Assembly: GCA_003141835.1 (NCBI GenBank)
Contig: PLNR01000011.1
Coordinates: forward strand, 14,049-78,048
DNA from: Candidatus Omnitrophota bacterium
Lineage (GTDB): Bacteria > Omnitrophota > Gorgyraeia > Pluralincolimonadales > Pluralincolimonadaceae
Direction of reading: 5' to 3'
Length of the DNA: 64,000 nt
The notes beneath the pieces are model-generated. The model did not search any database. It saw nothing but the letters and a program-made list of their open reading frames with translations, and had not been told where the DNA came from. Below, one piece after another: positions 19,073 through 29,019 of the stretch (the first letter of the stretch is position 1; each line of letters starts with the position of its first letter). The position numbers and the translations under genes are program-made.

Positions 19073-19888
19073 TTATTTTAATATATATCCACCGCAAAAA
19101 ACCTTCTTTGCGCCGCCTTCGAGATATACATCGGTGAAATCATTACCCTTCTTCTTGAAATATATCTTAAGCCTTTCGCCGCCCTTCGTGAGGCAGGTGA
19201 CCGGGCTCTTGAAACCCTTAACGACCGCAGATATGATCGCGGAAGCCGTGACGCCGGTCCCGCAGGCAAGCGTCTCGTCCTCAACGCCACGCTCATAAGT
19301 GCGCACTTTTATGATATTTTTTCCCGCTTCTTCAACGAAATCCGCGTTCGTTCCCCTGGGCGCAAAAGCGCCGTGGTAACGCACCTCTTTGCCAACGGTC
19401 TTTACGTTTTGGCCCTCAAGATGGTCGACGAAGATGACCGCGTGAGGCACGCCGGTATTCACGAAATTCACGTTATACGTACCGTCGCTTAAGACGAGGT
19501 GTATATCCCGTCTCAGCCCGGCAGGGTCGGACATCTTCAGCTTGACTATCGAGCCCTTTACCCCGGCCTCGATTATGCCGGCGAGCGTCTCGAAAGTCAT
19601 GTTCTTTCCGGCTTTCATATTATTGGCAGCAAACAAAGCCACGCAGCGCGCGCCGTTGCCGCACATCTCGGCCTCGCTACCGTCGGAATTTATTATGCGC
19701 ATCCTGAAATCGGCCTTCTTAGAACGCTCGATAGAGAGAAGCCCGTCGCCGCCGACGCCGTAATTCCTGTCGCAGACCTCCCTGGCGAAGGCGCAAAGCT
19801 TCGCGGCGGGTATTGCCGCCTTTCGGTTATCAACGACGACAAAATCGTTGCCGCTGGCAACCATCTTTACGAATGCTATGTTTTTCAT
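19073..19888 (-). CDS. dapF: Diaminopimelate epimerase
   Basis: GNDF, NSDGSEAEMCGNGARC, NTGVPH, ERGV..ETLACGTG. Confidence 0.97.
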   Translation of the reverse strand: MKNIAFVKMVASGNDFVVVDNRKAAIPAAKLCAFAREVCDRNYGVGGDGLLSIERSKKADFRMRIINSDGSEAEMCGNGARCVALFAANNMKAGKNMTFETLAGIIEAGVKGSIVKLKMSDPAGLRRDIHLVLSDGTYNVNFVNTGVPHAVIFVDHLEGQNVKTVGKEVRYHGAFAPRGTNADFVEEAGKNIIKVRTYERGVEDETLACGTGVTASAIISAVVKGFKSPVTCLTKGGERLKIYFKKKGNDFTDVYLEGGAKKVFCGGYILK

Positions 19889-19901
19889 GGTTAAATTTGG
19901 C

Positions 19902-21161
19902 TCACTTGAGTTCTTTGGGGATATTCTCGCCTTTTACGAGGTCCTCGTATTTTTCCCTCTCGCGCACTACATAGAACCTTCCGCGGATCACCATCACTTC
20001 GGCTACGCGGGGACGCGAGTTGTAATTGCTGGACATGGTAAATCCGTAAGCGCCGGCTCCCATCACGGCTATCAATTCGCCGGGCTGGAACTCCGGCAGT
20101 TTCCTGTCCCTGGCCAGGATGTCCCCGCTCTCGCAGATCGGGCCTACGACGTCGGCAAGTATCTTCTTGCGCGCCGGCTTCCTTATCACGGGTATGATCT
20201 CGTGGTAGGCGTCATAGAGCGACGGGCGGATAAGGTCGTTCATCGCCGCGTCGGATATGATGAAATTCTTCGAGCGCGTCTTCTTTACATATGTCACTTT
20301 CGCGACAAGGATCCCGCTGTTGCCGGCGATGAACCTGCCCGGCTCAAGTATGAGGCGTACGTTCATCCTCTGCACAAGAGGTATCACGGCTTTCGCGAAA
20401 CGCGCGGCGGTCTGCGGCTTCTCTTTGTTATATATTATGCCGAGGCCTCCGCCGATATTAAGCCAGTCGACCCTCCCGCCTTTCCTCCTTATATTGCCGA
20501 TCAACGTGCCGGTCTTGTTTATCGCCTTGCGGAACGGTTCTGCTTCCGTGATCTGGGAACCGATATGGATATGTATCCCGCGCAGCCGCACGTTCTGGTA
20601 TTTTGAGGCGACGAGGAACGTCTCTTCGACTGTCGTGAAATCGAGGCCGAACTTATTCTCTGCCTTCCCTGTCGTTATGAACTTGTGCGTATGCGGGTCG
20701 ATATCAGGGTTGGCGCGCAGGGCGCAATCCACCGTCCTGCCGAGCTTCTTGGCGGTCTTGTTTATCTGCGCCAATTCAGGCAAGGATTCGACATTAAAAA
20801 ATAATATCCCCGCCCTTATCGCGTTCTCTATCTCGCGTTCGGTCTTTCCGACGCTCGCATATACGATCTTCTTCGATTCGCACCCGACTTTCAGCGCTTT
20901 GTACAGCTCGCCGCCGGATACGACATCAAGGCCCGCTCCGGCCTTTACGAGCGCCATGACTACGGCAAGGTTCGAGTTCGCCTTCATCGAAAAACAGATA
21001 AGCGGGTTGATGTCCGCGAAAGCGTCGCGCAGCTTCCTGTAATGGTCTATGAGCGTCTTATGGCTGTAGAGGTAAAAAGGCGTCCCCACTGCCGCCGCTA
21101 TGCCGCCAATACCTACTTCCTCGCAGAAGAGCTCATCGCCCTTATATTTGAATTCGTGCAT
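19902..21161 (-). CDS. lysA: Diaminopimelate decarboxylase
   Basis: KANSN, DVVSGGEL, HIGSQI, GGGLGI, EPGR, GPICESGD, GAYG..MSSNYNSRPR. Confidence 0.98.
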   Translation of the reverse strand: MHEFKYKGDELFCEEVGIGGIAAAVGTPFYLYSHKTLIDHYRKLRDAFADINPLICFSMKANSNLAVVMALVKAGAGLDVVSGGELYKALKVGCESKKIVYASVGKTEREIENAIRAGILFFNVESLPELAQINKTAKKLGRTVDCALRANPDIDPHTHKFITTGKAENKFGLDFTTVEETFLVASKYQNVRLRGIHIHIGSQITEAEPFRKAINKTGTLIGNIRRKGGRVDWLNIGGGLGIIYNKEKPQTAARFAKAVIPLVQRMNVRLILEPGRFIAGNSGILVAKVTYVKKTRSKNFIISDAAMNDLIRPSLYDAYHEIIPVIRKPARKKILADVVGPICESGDILARDRKLPEFQPGELIAVMGAGAYGFTMSSNYNSRPRVAEVMVIRGRFYVVREREKYEDLVKGENIPKELK

Positions 21162-22480
21162 TATTTTCCTTTTTTCCTTGATGAGACCGAAACCTTCGGA
21201 TCCAGTAATTTGAACACGTCCTTCCCGAACTTCTCCGAAAACTTCTTAAGTTCTTTAAGGGTGAGACCCGATATCCTCTCCTTCTTCTCGAGGGTAGCCG
21301 TCACTAATCTCCCGATCACCGAATGCGCGTTCCTCGAGTCCAGCCCCTTCGCGACCAGGTATTCGGCCAGGTCTGTCGAGTAGAGAGACTCATCCAAAAG
21401 CGCCCTGCCGATATTCTCCTTATTTATTTTCACGCCTTTCACCAGCTTGGCGAATATCGACAACACCTTCGAAACATTCTCGACCGAATCGAAGAGCGGT
21501 TGCTTGTCCCACTGCATATCCCTGTTGTATGTGAGCGGTAACCCCTTCATCATAGTAAGCACGGAGAAAAGGTTGCCATATATCCTGCCTGACATGCCCC
21601 TTGCCAGTTCGAGGAAATCCGGGTTGACCTTCTGCGGCATAATGCTCGAGCCGGTGCAAAACTGCTGGTCTATCTCTACGAACCCGAACTCAGGCGTCGC
21701 CCAGAGAATAAGGTCAGATGCTAGCCTCGAGAGGTGCATCGATATCAACGATGCGGCCTCGAGAAGTTCGACGACAAAATCCCTGTCCGATACGGCATCC
21801 ATTGTGTTTTCGCATAGCGCGGCAAAACCGAGCTCCTTTGCCACATATTTCCTGTCGATCTTAAGTGATGTCCCGGCCAGCGCGCACGCGCCCAGCGGCA
21901 TGAAATCCGCCGCGTGATATGCATAATGGAGCTTTCTCTTGTCCCTGGCGAGCATCCAGACATACGCCTCTATATGGTCGGACAAAAGCACCGGCTGCGC
22001 GTGCTGCGTATGCGTCAGGCCCGGCACTATCACATCCTTGTTCCTCTTCGCGAAAGCGAGCAAAGATTCCTGCAATGCCGTGACCAGGCCGTACATGGCC
22101 TGCGCCTTATCCTTGCAATACATCCTCGTATCAAGAGCGACCTGGTCGTTCCTCGACCGCGCGGTATGGAGCTTGAGCGCGGGTTTGCCTATCTTCTTCC
22201 CGAGGGAGTTCTGGATATTCGTATGGATATCCTCGGCCGTAAAGCCGTATACGAACTTGCCCTCATCGATCTCTTTCGATATCGCGGCAAGCCCCTTGAC
22301 TATCGCGGCGGCATCCTTCTTCGGGATTATCCCGCATTTCCCGAGCATCTTCGCGTGGGCTATAGAGCCGAGGACGTCGTATTCGGCCAGCCTGTAGTCG
22401 AAATACATGCTGCACGAAAAATCCTCGAACTCAGGGTCCTGCGTCTTCTTGAACCTTCCGCCCCAAAGTTTATTCTTCAT
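21161..22480 (-). CDS. argH: Argininosuccinate lyase
   Basis: LWGGRF, EDIH, LHTARSRNDQV, TGSSIMPQK.NPD, YNRD. Confidence 0.97.
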   Translation of the reverse strand: MKNKLWGGRFKKTQDPEFEDFSCSMYFDYRLAEYDVLGSIAHAKMLGKCGIIPKKDAAAIVKGLAAISKEIDEGKFVYGFTAEDIHTNIQNSLGKKIGKPALKLHTARSRNDQVALDTRMYCKDKAQAMYGLVTALQESLLAFAKRNKDVIVPGLTHTQHAQPVLLSDHIEAYVWMLARDKRKLHYAYHAADFMPLGACALAGTSLKIDRKYVAKELGFAALCENTMDAVSDRDFVVELLEAASLISMHLSRLASDLILWATPEFGFVEIDQQFCTGSSIMPQKVNPDFLELARGMSGRIYGNLFSVLTMMKGLPLTYNRDMQWDKQPLFDSVENVSKVLSIFAKLVKGVKINKENIGRALLDESLYSTDLAEYLVAKGLDSRNAHSVIGRLVTATLEKKERISGLTLKELKKFSEKFGKDVFKLLDPKVSVSSRKKGK

Positions 22481-23670
22481 TTTTTCGACCCCTTGTGCGA
22501 TCCTTTATAAGGCAATCCCCATATCTGGACGAAACCCTTCGCCAGCGACTGGTCGAATACGTCACCCTTCTCGTAGGTAGCCAATTCCTTCTTATAAAGG
22601 GAATCCGGCGACTTCCTGCCTACAACGATGCAATGGCCTTTATGCAGTTTCACTTTCACAGTGCCGTTGACAGACTTCTGCGTCTCGTCGACGAATTTAT
22701 CGAGCGCTTCCTTAAGCGGCGTATACCAGAGCCCGAAGTAGGTGAGCTCCGCGTATTTTAGCGCGACCGCTTCCTTGAAATGAAACGTCTCCCTGTCGAG
22801 GACGAGGCTCTCGAGCGCCTTATGGGCGTTAAAAAGCGTCCACGCGGCCGGCGCCTCGTATATCTCCCTGGACTTTATGCCGACGAGCCTGTTCTCGATC
22901 ATGTCGCTCCTGCCTACGCCGGCGTCGCCGGCCATCTTCGACAGTTTCAATATCAGGCTTACGCCGTCCATGGCCTTGCCGTTAAGTTTTACCGGCACAC
23001 CGTCCTTGAACTCTATCTCCGCGTAGACAGGCTCCGCCGCAGCCTTATCTACTCCCTTTGTAAGTTGATATATATCTTCGTCAGGCGCGTAATAAGGATC
23101 TTCCAGCTTCCCACTTTCAATCGATATTCCCCATAGATTAAGATCAATCGAGTACGGCTTTTTCTTGGTCGTATCAATGGGAATATTATTCTTCTTTGCA
23201 TATTCTATCTCTTCGGCCCTTGTCTTTAACTCCCACTCCCTGACAGGCGCCAGTATTTTTAAGTTCGGATCAAGCGACCCGATCGTGACTTCAAACCTTA
23301 CCTGGTCGTTACCTTTACCGGTGCAGCCGTGCGCAACGTAAGCGGCCTTCTCTTTATGGGCCGTCTCTACCAGCCCTTTGGCGATTATCGGCCTTGATAG
23401 CGCCGTCGCCAGCAGGTATCCGCCTTCGTATACCGCCCCGGCTTTGAGCGACTTGAATACGAAGTCCTTCACGAATTCCTTCTTCAGGTCTTCGACGACG
23501 ACTTTCACCGCGCCGGTAGCCAATGCCCTCTTCTTATAGACCTCGAAGTCAGACTCCTGCCCCACGTCGGCCATATAAGCGATGACGTCATAGCCCTTCT
23601 TCGCCAGCCACTTTATTATGACCGAGGTATCGAGTCCGCCGGAATATGCGAGCACAACTTTCTTATTCAT
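22477..23670 (-). CDS. argG: Argininosuccinate synthase
   Basis: LAYSGGLDTS, AHGCTGKGNDQVRF, ENRLVGIKSREIYEAP. Confidence 0.98.
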   Translation of the reverse strand: MNKKVVLAYSGGLDTSVIIKWLAKKGYDVIAYMADVGQESDFEVYKKRALATGAVKVVVEDLKKEFVKDFVFKSLKAGAVYEGGYLLATALSRPIIAKGLVETAHKEKAAYVAHGCTGKGNDQVRFEVTIGSLDPNLKILAPVREWELKTRAEEIEYAKKNNIPIDTTKKKPYSIDLNLWGISIESGKLEDPYYAPDEDIYQLTKGVDKAAAEPVYAEIEFKDGVPVKLNGKAMDGVSLILKLSKMAGDAGVGRSDMIENRLVGIKSREIYEAPAAWTLFNAHKALESLVLDRETFHFKEAVALKYAELTYFGLWYTPLKEALDKFVDETQKSVNGTVKVKLHKGHCIVVGRKSPDSLYKKELATYEKGDVFDQSLAKGFVQIWGLPYKGSHKGSKK

Positions 23671-23677
23671 CTCATCC

Positions 23678-24598
23678 TCACTTTAAAAGCAGCATTAATA
23701 TAGCTTTCTCGACATGCAGTCTATTCTCCGCCTGATCAAATACAACCGAATGCGGGCTCTCAAGAGACTCATCAGAGATCTCCTCGCCCCTGTGCGCGGG
23801 CAGGCAGTGCATAATGATATAATCTTTTTTAGCATTCGAGCAAAGCTTCTCATTTATCTGGAAACCTTTAAAGTCCTTTAATCTCTTATTTCTTTCTTTC
23901 TCCTGGCCCATGCTTGTCCATACATCGGTATAGATCACGTCCGCCCCTTCGACCGCCTTCTGGGGATCGGCCGTAAGCCATACTTTGGTGCCGGTGACGG
24001 ATGCGAAATCCGATGAGATCTTTACGACCTCTTTTTCCGGCTCGTAACCTTTAGGCGTGGCAACGGCGATATCCGCACCTACCCTGGCCGCGGTCATAAG
24101 CAGCGAATTGCAGACGTTATTGCCGTCGCCCACGTACGCTATCTTGAGGCCCTTTACCTTGCCCTTCTTCTCTTTGACCGTAAAAAGGTCGGCGAGCGCC
24201 TGGCACGGGTGCGAGAAATCCGATAGCCCGTTTATGACCGGGACCGCCGAATATTCCGCCAGTTCGACTATGTCGCCGTGCTTGAATGTCCTGGCCACTA
24301 TCCCGTCAAGATATCTTGAAAGTGTCCTGGCCACGTCCTTTATCTCTTCCCTTTCGCCGAGTTTCACTTCATCGGGCGCGAGGAATATAGCCGTGCCGCC
24401 TAACTGCGCCATCGCGGCCGCAAAAGATACCTTCGTCCTTAAAGAGGGCTTCTGGAATATCAACCCCAGGGTCTTCCCCTTCAACGGCTCGTCTTTAGAT
24501 ATCTTTCCATCGCCCTTTAACTTAGCAGCAAGGGCGAATATCTCCTCGATATCCGAGATCGAAAGGTCTTTTATCGTTATCAGGTCTTTAACCTTCAA
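23678..24598 (-). CDS. argF: Ornithine carbamoyltransferase
   Basis: KPSLRT, HPCQ, GDGNNV, YTDVWTSMGQE, HCLP, QAENR. Confidence 0.97.
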   Translation of the reverse strand: MKVKDLITIKDLSISDIEEIFALAAKLKGDGKISKDEPLKGKTLGLIFQKPSLRTKVSFAAAMAQLGGTAIFLAPDEVKLGEREEIKDVARTLSRYLDGIVARTFKHGDIVELAEYSAVPVINGLSDFSHPCQALADLFTVKEKKGKVKGLKIAYVGDGNNVCNSLLMTAARVGADIAVATPKGYEPEKEVVKISSDFASVTGTKVWLTADPQKAVEGADVIYTDVWTSMGQEKERNKRLKDFKGFQINEKLCSNAKKDYIIMHCLPAHRGEEISDESLESPHSVVFDQAENRLHVEKAILMLLLK

Positions 24599-25784
24599 CT
24601 GTTACTCCCTTCATGACTTCCTGCAGTATCGCGACAGCCGCGTCTATATCCGCGTTCTTAACCACCAGCGGCGGCATTATCCTCAACACCTTCTTCTGCG
24701 TGCAATTTATTAGGAGGCCTTTCTCGACGCATTTGTCTATTATTTGCTTTCCATCTATCTCAAGCTCGACCGCCTGCATCAGGCCCTTGCCCCTTACTAA
24801 CTTTACAAACGGGAAATCCTTCTTCAAAAGCGACAGCCTGTTATGCAAATACCTGCCCCGCCTGACAGCTTTTTCGACGAGGTTACCCTCCTCTATCGCA
24901 TCGAATACGGCTAGCGCGGCCGCGCACGCCAACGGGCTGCCTCCGAATGTCGAGGCGTGAGTCCCGGGCTGCAGGACATTGGCGATCTCCTTCTTTGCGA
25001 CGAGTGCGCCTATCGGGAACCCGCCGCCGAGCGACTTGGCCAGCGTCATGATATCAGGCACAACGTCGTAATGCTGGTAGCAGAACATCTTCCCTGTCCT
25101 GGCTATCCCGGTCTGGACCTCATCGAATATGAGGAGTATGTTCTTCTCGCCGCATATTTTCTTCAATCCGGCGATGAATTCCTCTGACGCGACGTTTATC
25201 CCGCCTTCGCCCTGTATCGGCTCGAGCATTATCGCGGCGGTCTTGTCGGTTATCTTCGACTTGACCGATTCCAGGTCGTTGAACTTAGCGTATACGAAAC
25301 CGCCCGGGAGCGGAGCGAAACCTTCCTGGTATTTCGGCTGAGCCGTCGCCGTTATCGCGGCCAGCGTCCTGCCGTGGAAAGAATCTTCCATCGTTATTAT
25401 CTCATATTTCCCCGACGGATACCCTACTTTTCTCGCCAGTTTGATGGCGGCTTCCACCGCCTCCGCGCCGCTGTTGCAGAAGAAGACTTTTCCGGGAAAT
25501 GAATTTTCAATTATTTTCTTCGCCAGTTTCCCCTGCAGTTCGTTGTAATAATTGTTCGGCACATGGATCATCTTCCCCACCTGCTCTTTTATTGCCTTTA
25601 CCACCTTCGGGTGGCAGTGGCCGAGCCCTGACACGGCCCATCCCGGGAAGAAATCCAGGAATTCCCTGCCCTCTATGTCATACGCTTTTATGCCTTTGCC
25701 TTTTACCATACAAAGGGGCTGTTTCGTGTAAGTCGGCATCACGTATTCGTAATACAGCTGCATAACTTCTTCTGTCTGCGTCAT
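24588..25784 (-). CDS. argD: Acetylornithine aminotransferase
   Basis: NSGAEA, SFHGRT, EPIQGEGG, DEVQTG, AKSLGGG, HASTFGG. Confidence 0.95.
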   Translation of the reverse strand: MTQTEEVMQLYYEYVMPTYTKQPLCMVKGKGIKAYDIEGREFLDFFPGWAVSGLGHCHPKVVKAIKEQVGKMIHVPNNYYNELQGKLAKKIIENSFPGKVFFCNSGAEAVEAAIKLARKVGYPSGKYEIITMEDSFHGRTLAAITATAQPKYQEGFAPLPGGFVYAKFNDLESVKSKITDKTAAIMLEPIQGEGGINVASEEFIAGLKKICGEKNILLIFDEVQTGIARTGKMFCYQHYDVVPDIMTLAKSLGGGFPIGALVAKKEIANVLQPGTHASTFGGSPLACAAALAVFDAIEEGNLVEKAVRRGRYLHNRLSLLKKDFPFVKLVRGKGLMQAVELEIDGKQIIDKCVEKGLLINCTQKKVLRIMPPLVVKNADIDAAVAILQEVMKGVTVEG

Positions 25785-26638
25785 TTTATTATCTCCGTTC
25801 CTATTCCTTTATCGGTGAATACCTCAAGTAATATCGCGTGGCTCAGCCTTCCGTCGATAATATGCGTCTTGTTCACGCCCTTCTTCAGCGCGTCGACGAC
25901 GGCCTTGACCTTCGGGATCATCCCGCCCCGTATTACTCCCCTCTCTATAAGCTCCTCAGCTTCTTTTTTCTTTAGTGTCGGGATAAGCGTCGCCTCGTCA
26001 GACTCGTCCCGCAATATCCCGTTGGTATCGGTTATAAGGACGAACTTTTCCGCCTTGAGCGCCGCGGCTATGTCGCAGGCAGCGAGGTCGGCGTTGATGT
26101 TATAGGCCTTCCCGTCTTTCCCCAAAGCTACCGGGGTTATTACGGGTATCGCCCCGTCCTTGAGCGCATCCTTTATGGGTTTGGTATTAATCGATACGAT
26201 CTTTCCCAGGAAACCCATATACTTGCCCTTGTGTTTTAAAGTCACGGCTTTGATTATCTTGTCCTTCTTGCCTGAGAGGGCCTTGACCTTGCCGCCCAGC
26301 TCCTCTATATGTTTGGCTATCTCCTTGTTCGTCGCCTCGAGCGTATCGTCTACGATCTTCATCGTCTTCGCGTCGGTCACCCTGAACCCGTCCACGAATT
26401 TCGCGACGATGCCGGCTTCCTTCATCTTCTCTGTTATCCTCGGCCCGCCGCCGTGTATGATGACCGGCTTTATCCCGACCAGGCTCATGAAGATTATGTC
26501 CTGGAAGATGCCGGAGATCACTTCCCTGTTCTCCATCATGCTTCCGCCGGCTTTTATGACGACTGTCTTGCCCCTGAACTTCTTTATATAAGGCAGCGCC
26601 TCAATGAGGACGTCGGCCTTTTTAATTATATCTTGCAT
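25781..26638 (-). CDS. argB: Acetylglutamate kinase
   Basis: EALPYI, HGGGP, NINAD, GGMIPK, HIIDGR, GIGT. Confidence 0.97.
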   Translation of the reverse strand: MQDIIKKADVLIEALPYIKKFRGKTVVIKAGGSMMENREVISGIFQDIIFMSLVGIKPVIIHGGGPRITEKMKEAGIVAKFVDGFRVTDAKTMKIVDDTLEATNKEIAKHIEELGGKVKALSGKKDKIIKAVTLKHKGKYMGFLGKIVSINTKPIKDALKDGAIPVITPVALGKDGKAYNINADLAACDIAAALKAEKFVLITDTNGILRDESDEATLIPTLKKKEAEELIERGVIRGGMIPKVKAVVDALKKGVNKTHIIDGRLSHAILLEVFTDKGIGTEIIK

Positions 26639-27818
26639 TTATTTTAATGTACCCTTCCGTAAGGTCGCATGTCCACGCGGTTGCCGAATACTTTCCTGAC
26701 TTCAGGTTGACTGTTATCACCACTTTCTTCTTCTTAAGCGACTTCTGCGCCTTCGGTCTCAGACCGAAATTGGCGTTGCCGCCGCTGACTATCTTTATGC
26801 CGTTCAGGTAAATATCCAGTTTAGATTCGTCGATCTTTACTCCGGAAGCCCCGGCCGACGAAGCGATCCTCCCGGTGTTCGGGTCCTCACCGGCGATAGC
26901 CGTCTTGACCAGGCTCGAATTAGTGATCTCCATCGCCATCTTCTTCGCGTCGGCCTTGCTCTTCGCTCCCTTGACCTGTACCTCTATAAATTTGCTCGCG
27001 CCTTCTCCGTCTCTGGCTATCTCTTTTGCCAGGTAGACCACGACGTATTTTAGCGCCGAGCAGAATACTTTATAGCCGGTGCTCCCGCTCTTTATCTTAG
27101 CGTTAGCGGCCAGGCCGTTTGCCATTATAAAAACAGTATCATTAGTGCTCATGTCGCCGTCCACAGTCACCATATTCAATGAATCTTCGACTGAGTCTTT
27201 CAAAGAACTTTTTAACGCTTTAACGTCTATATCCGCATCTGTCGTGATGAAACAGAGCAAAGTGGCCATATTCGGGCTTATCATTCCCGAGCCTTTTGCT
27301 ATCCCGCCGATCTTGACGGTCTTGCCGCCGATCTTTACCGCAACCGCCATCCTCTTCGGGACCAGGTCGGTAGTCATTATCGCCTTGGCCGCCGTAAGCT
27401 CCCCTGCTTTACTTAGGCCTTTTACCAGAGCAGGGGCAGCCGCTTCGATCTTCTCTACCGGCAGCGGCTTTCCGATTATACCGGTCGACGCGACGAGAAC
27501 ATCCTGCGCATCTATCCAGGCATTCGCCGAAACAGCATCAGCCATCCGGACCGCCCATTTCATCCCATTCTTCCCGTTAAGGCAGTTGGCGTTGCCGCTA
27601 TTCGCTATTATTGCCTGAGCCCAGCCATCCTTTAAATTCCCGGCGGAAAGTAACACCGGCGCGGCTTTGACCGTATTCTTCGTGAATACTGCCGCCGCAT
27701 GGGCAGGCACACTCGAATAGATCAGGCACAGGTCGAGGCCCTTCTTTTTTATACCGCTTTTAATGCCAGAGGCAAGGAACCCCTCCGGTGCGGTAACGGA
27801 TCCCTTTATCGTTTTCAT
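26622..27818 (-). CDS. argJ: Ornithine acetyltransferase / N-acetylglutamate synthase
   Basis: Start MKTIKG at 27818; NSGNAN, STG.IG, IMTTD, KGSGMI.PNMAT, DGDMSTND, DGEGA. Confidence 0.96.
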   Translation of the reverse strand: MKTIKGSVTAPEGFLASGIKSGIKKKGLDLCLIYSSVPAHAAAVFTKNTVKAAPVLLSAGNLKDGWAQAIIANSGNANCLNGKNGMKWAVRMADAVSANAWIDAQDVLVASTGIIGKPLPVEKIEAAAPALVKGLSKAGELTAAKAIMTTDLVPKRMAVAVKIGGKTVKIGGIAKGSGMISPNMATLLCFITTDADIDVKALKSSLKDSVEDSLNMVTVDGDMSTNDTVFIMANGLAANAKIKSGSTGYKVFCSALKYVVVYLAKEIARDGEGASKFIEVQVKGAKSKADAKKMAMEITNSSLVKTAIAGEDPNTGRIASSAGASGVKIDESKLDIYLNGIKIVSGGNANFGLRPKAQKSLKKKKVVITVNLKSGKYSATAWTCDLTEGYIKINARYN

Positions 27819-28846
27819 TAAATGAGGCCCGCCGTTTCGCCGAATCCCATCATCAAATTCATGTTCTGGACCGCCTGCGACGAGGCGCCTTTCCAAAGAT
27901 TATCAATGGCCGTGACCACTATAACCCGTTTTCCGGCCACCTTGATGCCGATATCGCAAAAATTCGTGCTGTAGACGTGCTTCGTCTCCGGGAAAATGCC
28001 CTCATCCAACACCCTCACGAACGGCGCGTCCTTGTAGAACTGCTTGTAAAGTTGAAGCAGCTCTGCTGCTGAAATCTCTTTCTTCAGCGTGAAATATATC
28101 GTCGAGAGTATCCCCTTGTTCATCGGCACCAGATGCGGGGTGAACGTGACGCCTATCTTCGAGCCCGCCGCAATCGAGAGCTCCTGGTCTATCTCAGGCA
28201 TATGCTGGTGCTGGTTTATCTTATACGCCTTGAAGTTCTCGTTCACTTCCGCGAAATTAAGCGCCAGCGAAGCCGCCCTGCCTGCCCCGGTAACCCCGGA
28301 TTTCGAGTCGACGATTATCTGGTCTGTATCGACGAGGCCTTTGCTCACCAGCGGGGCGCTTCCGAGTATCGAGCCGGTCGGATAGCATCCCGGGTTCGCT
28401 ATGAACTTGGATTTTTCTATCTCTTTCTTATGCAATTCCGGAAGCCCGTATACCGCTTCCTTGAGAAGCGCCACGCTTGTATGTTTAGCTCCGTACCATT
28501 TCTCGTATACCCCGGGATCTTTTAGCCTGTAATCCGCGCTCAGGTCTACGACCTTCTTCCCCGCCTTCAAAAAATCCGGGACGAAGAGCATCGAGATCTT
28601 GTGCGGAAGCGCCAAAAATATCAGGTCTGCCGCCTTCGATATGGCGGGCACGCCTACATTGTCGCAGACGAGCTCCAGCCTGCCCTTGAATACCGGGAAA
28701 ATATCCGATATCTTCTCGGCCTTATCTACCTTGCCGCTCACCGAAGTTATAGTCGCCTCCGGATGGCACAGCAGTATCTTCATCAGTTCGCAGCCGGCAT
28801 AACCAGTCGCGCCAACGACAGCGACATTCAGGTTTTCTTTTGACAT
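27818..28846 (-). CDS. argC: N-acetyl-gamma-glutamyl-phosphate reductase
   Basis: Start MSKEN at 28846; GATGY, DLSADYR, YGLPE, ANPGCYPT, SGVTGAGR, IDNL.KGA. Confidence 0.97.
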   Translation of the reverse strand: MSKENLNVAVVGATGYAGCELMKILLCHPEATITSVSGKVDKAEKISDIFPVFKGRLELVCDNVGVPAISKAADLIFLALPHKISMLFVPDFLKAGKKVVDLSADYRLKDPGVYEKWYGAKHTSVALLKEAVYGLPELHKKEIEKSKFIANPGCYPTGSILGSAPLVSKGLVDTDQIIVDSKSGVTGAGRAASLALNFAEVNENFKAYKINQHQHMPEIDQELSIAAGSKIGVTFTPHLVPMNKGILSTIYFTLKKEISAAELLQLYKQFYKDAPFVRVLDEGIFPETKHVYSTNFCDIGIKVAGKRVIVVTAIDNLWKGASSQAVQNMNLMMGFGETAGLI

Positions 28847-28941
28847 TTTATTCCCTTTCGTAATTTGATGCTTTCGCACATACTCAAGCATCAACCCTGC
28901 GCAAATCACTATATTTAAACTATGTATGAGAGCACGGGTTG

Positions 28942-28971
28942 ATTATAAAATAAAAACGCCTATTCCGTCAA
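28942..28971 (-). promoter_or_regulatory. Putative sigma70 promoter of the arg-lys-pan-nad run
   Basis: Minus strand TTGACG-18 nt-TATAAT, overlapping the rpsI terminator. Confidence 0.65.
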
Positions 28972-28994
28972 GCTGTTTCCGTCGGAATAGGCGT
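28947..28994 (-). terminator. Intrinsic terminator of rplM-rpsI
   Basis: Minus strand ACGCCTATTCCG-loop-CGGAATAGGCGT followed by TTTTATTTT. Confidence 0.85.
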
Positions 28995-29019
28995 AATTTT
29001 GCCTTATATAAATAAGGTA

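Noticed and set aside
27819-28909. Longer N-termini in the ORF track for argJ and argC (similarly nadX, leuD, fmt, cutA)
   Set aside because: The extensions overlap upstream genes or leaders and lack family similarity; downstream starts have SDs or stop-start coupling.
28860-28940. ArgR operator upstream of argC
   Set aside because: No convincing TGNAT-N4-ATNCA palindrome, and argR is not in the window.
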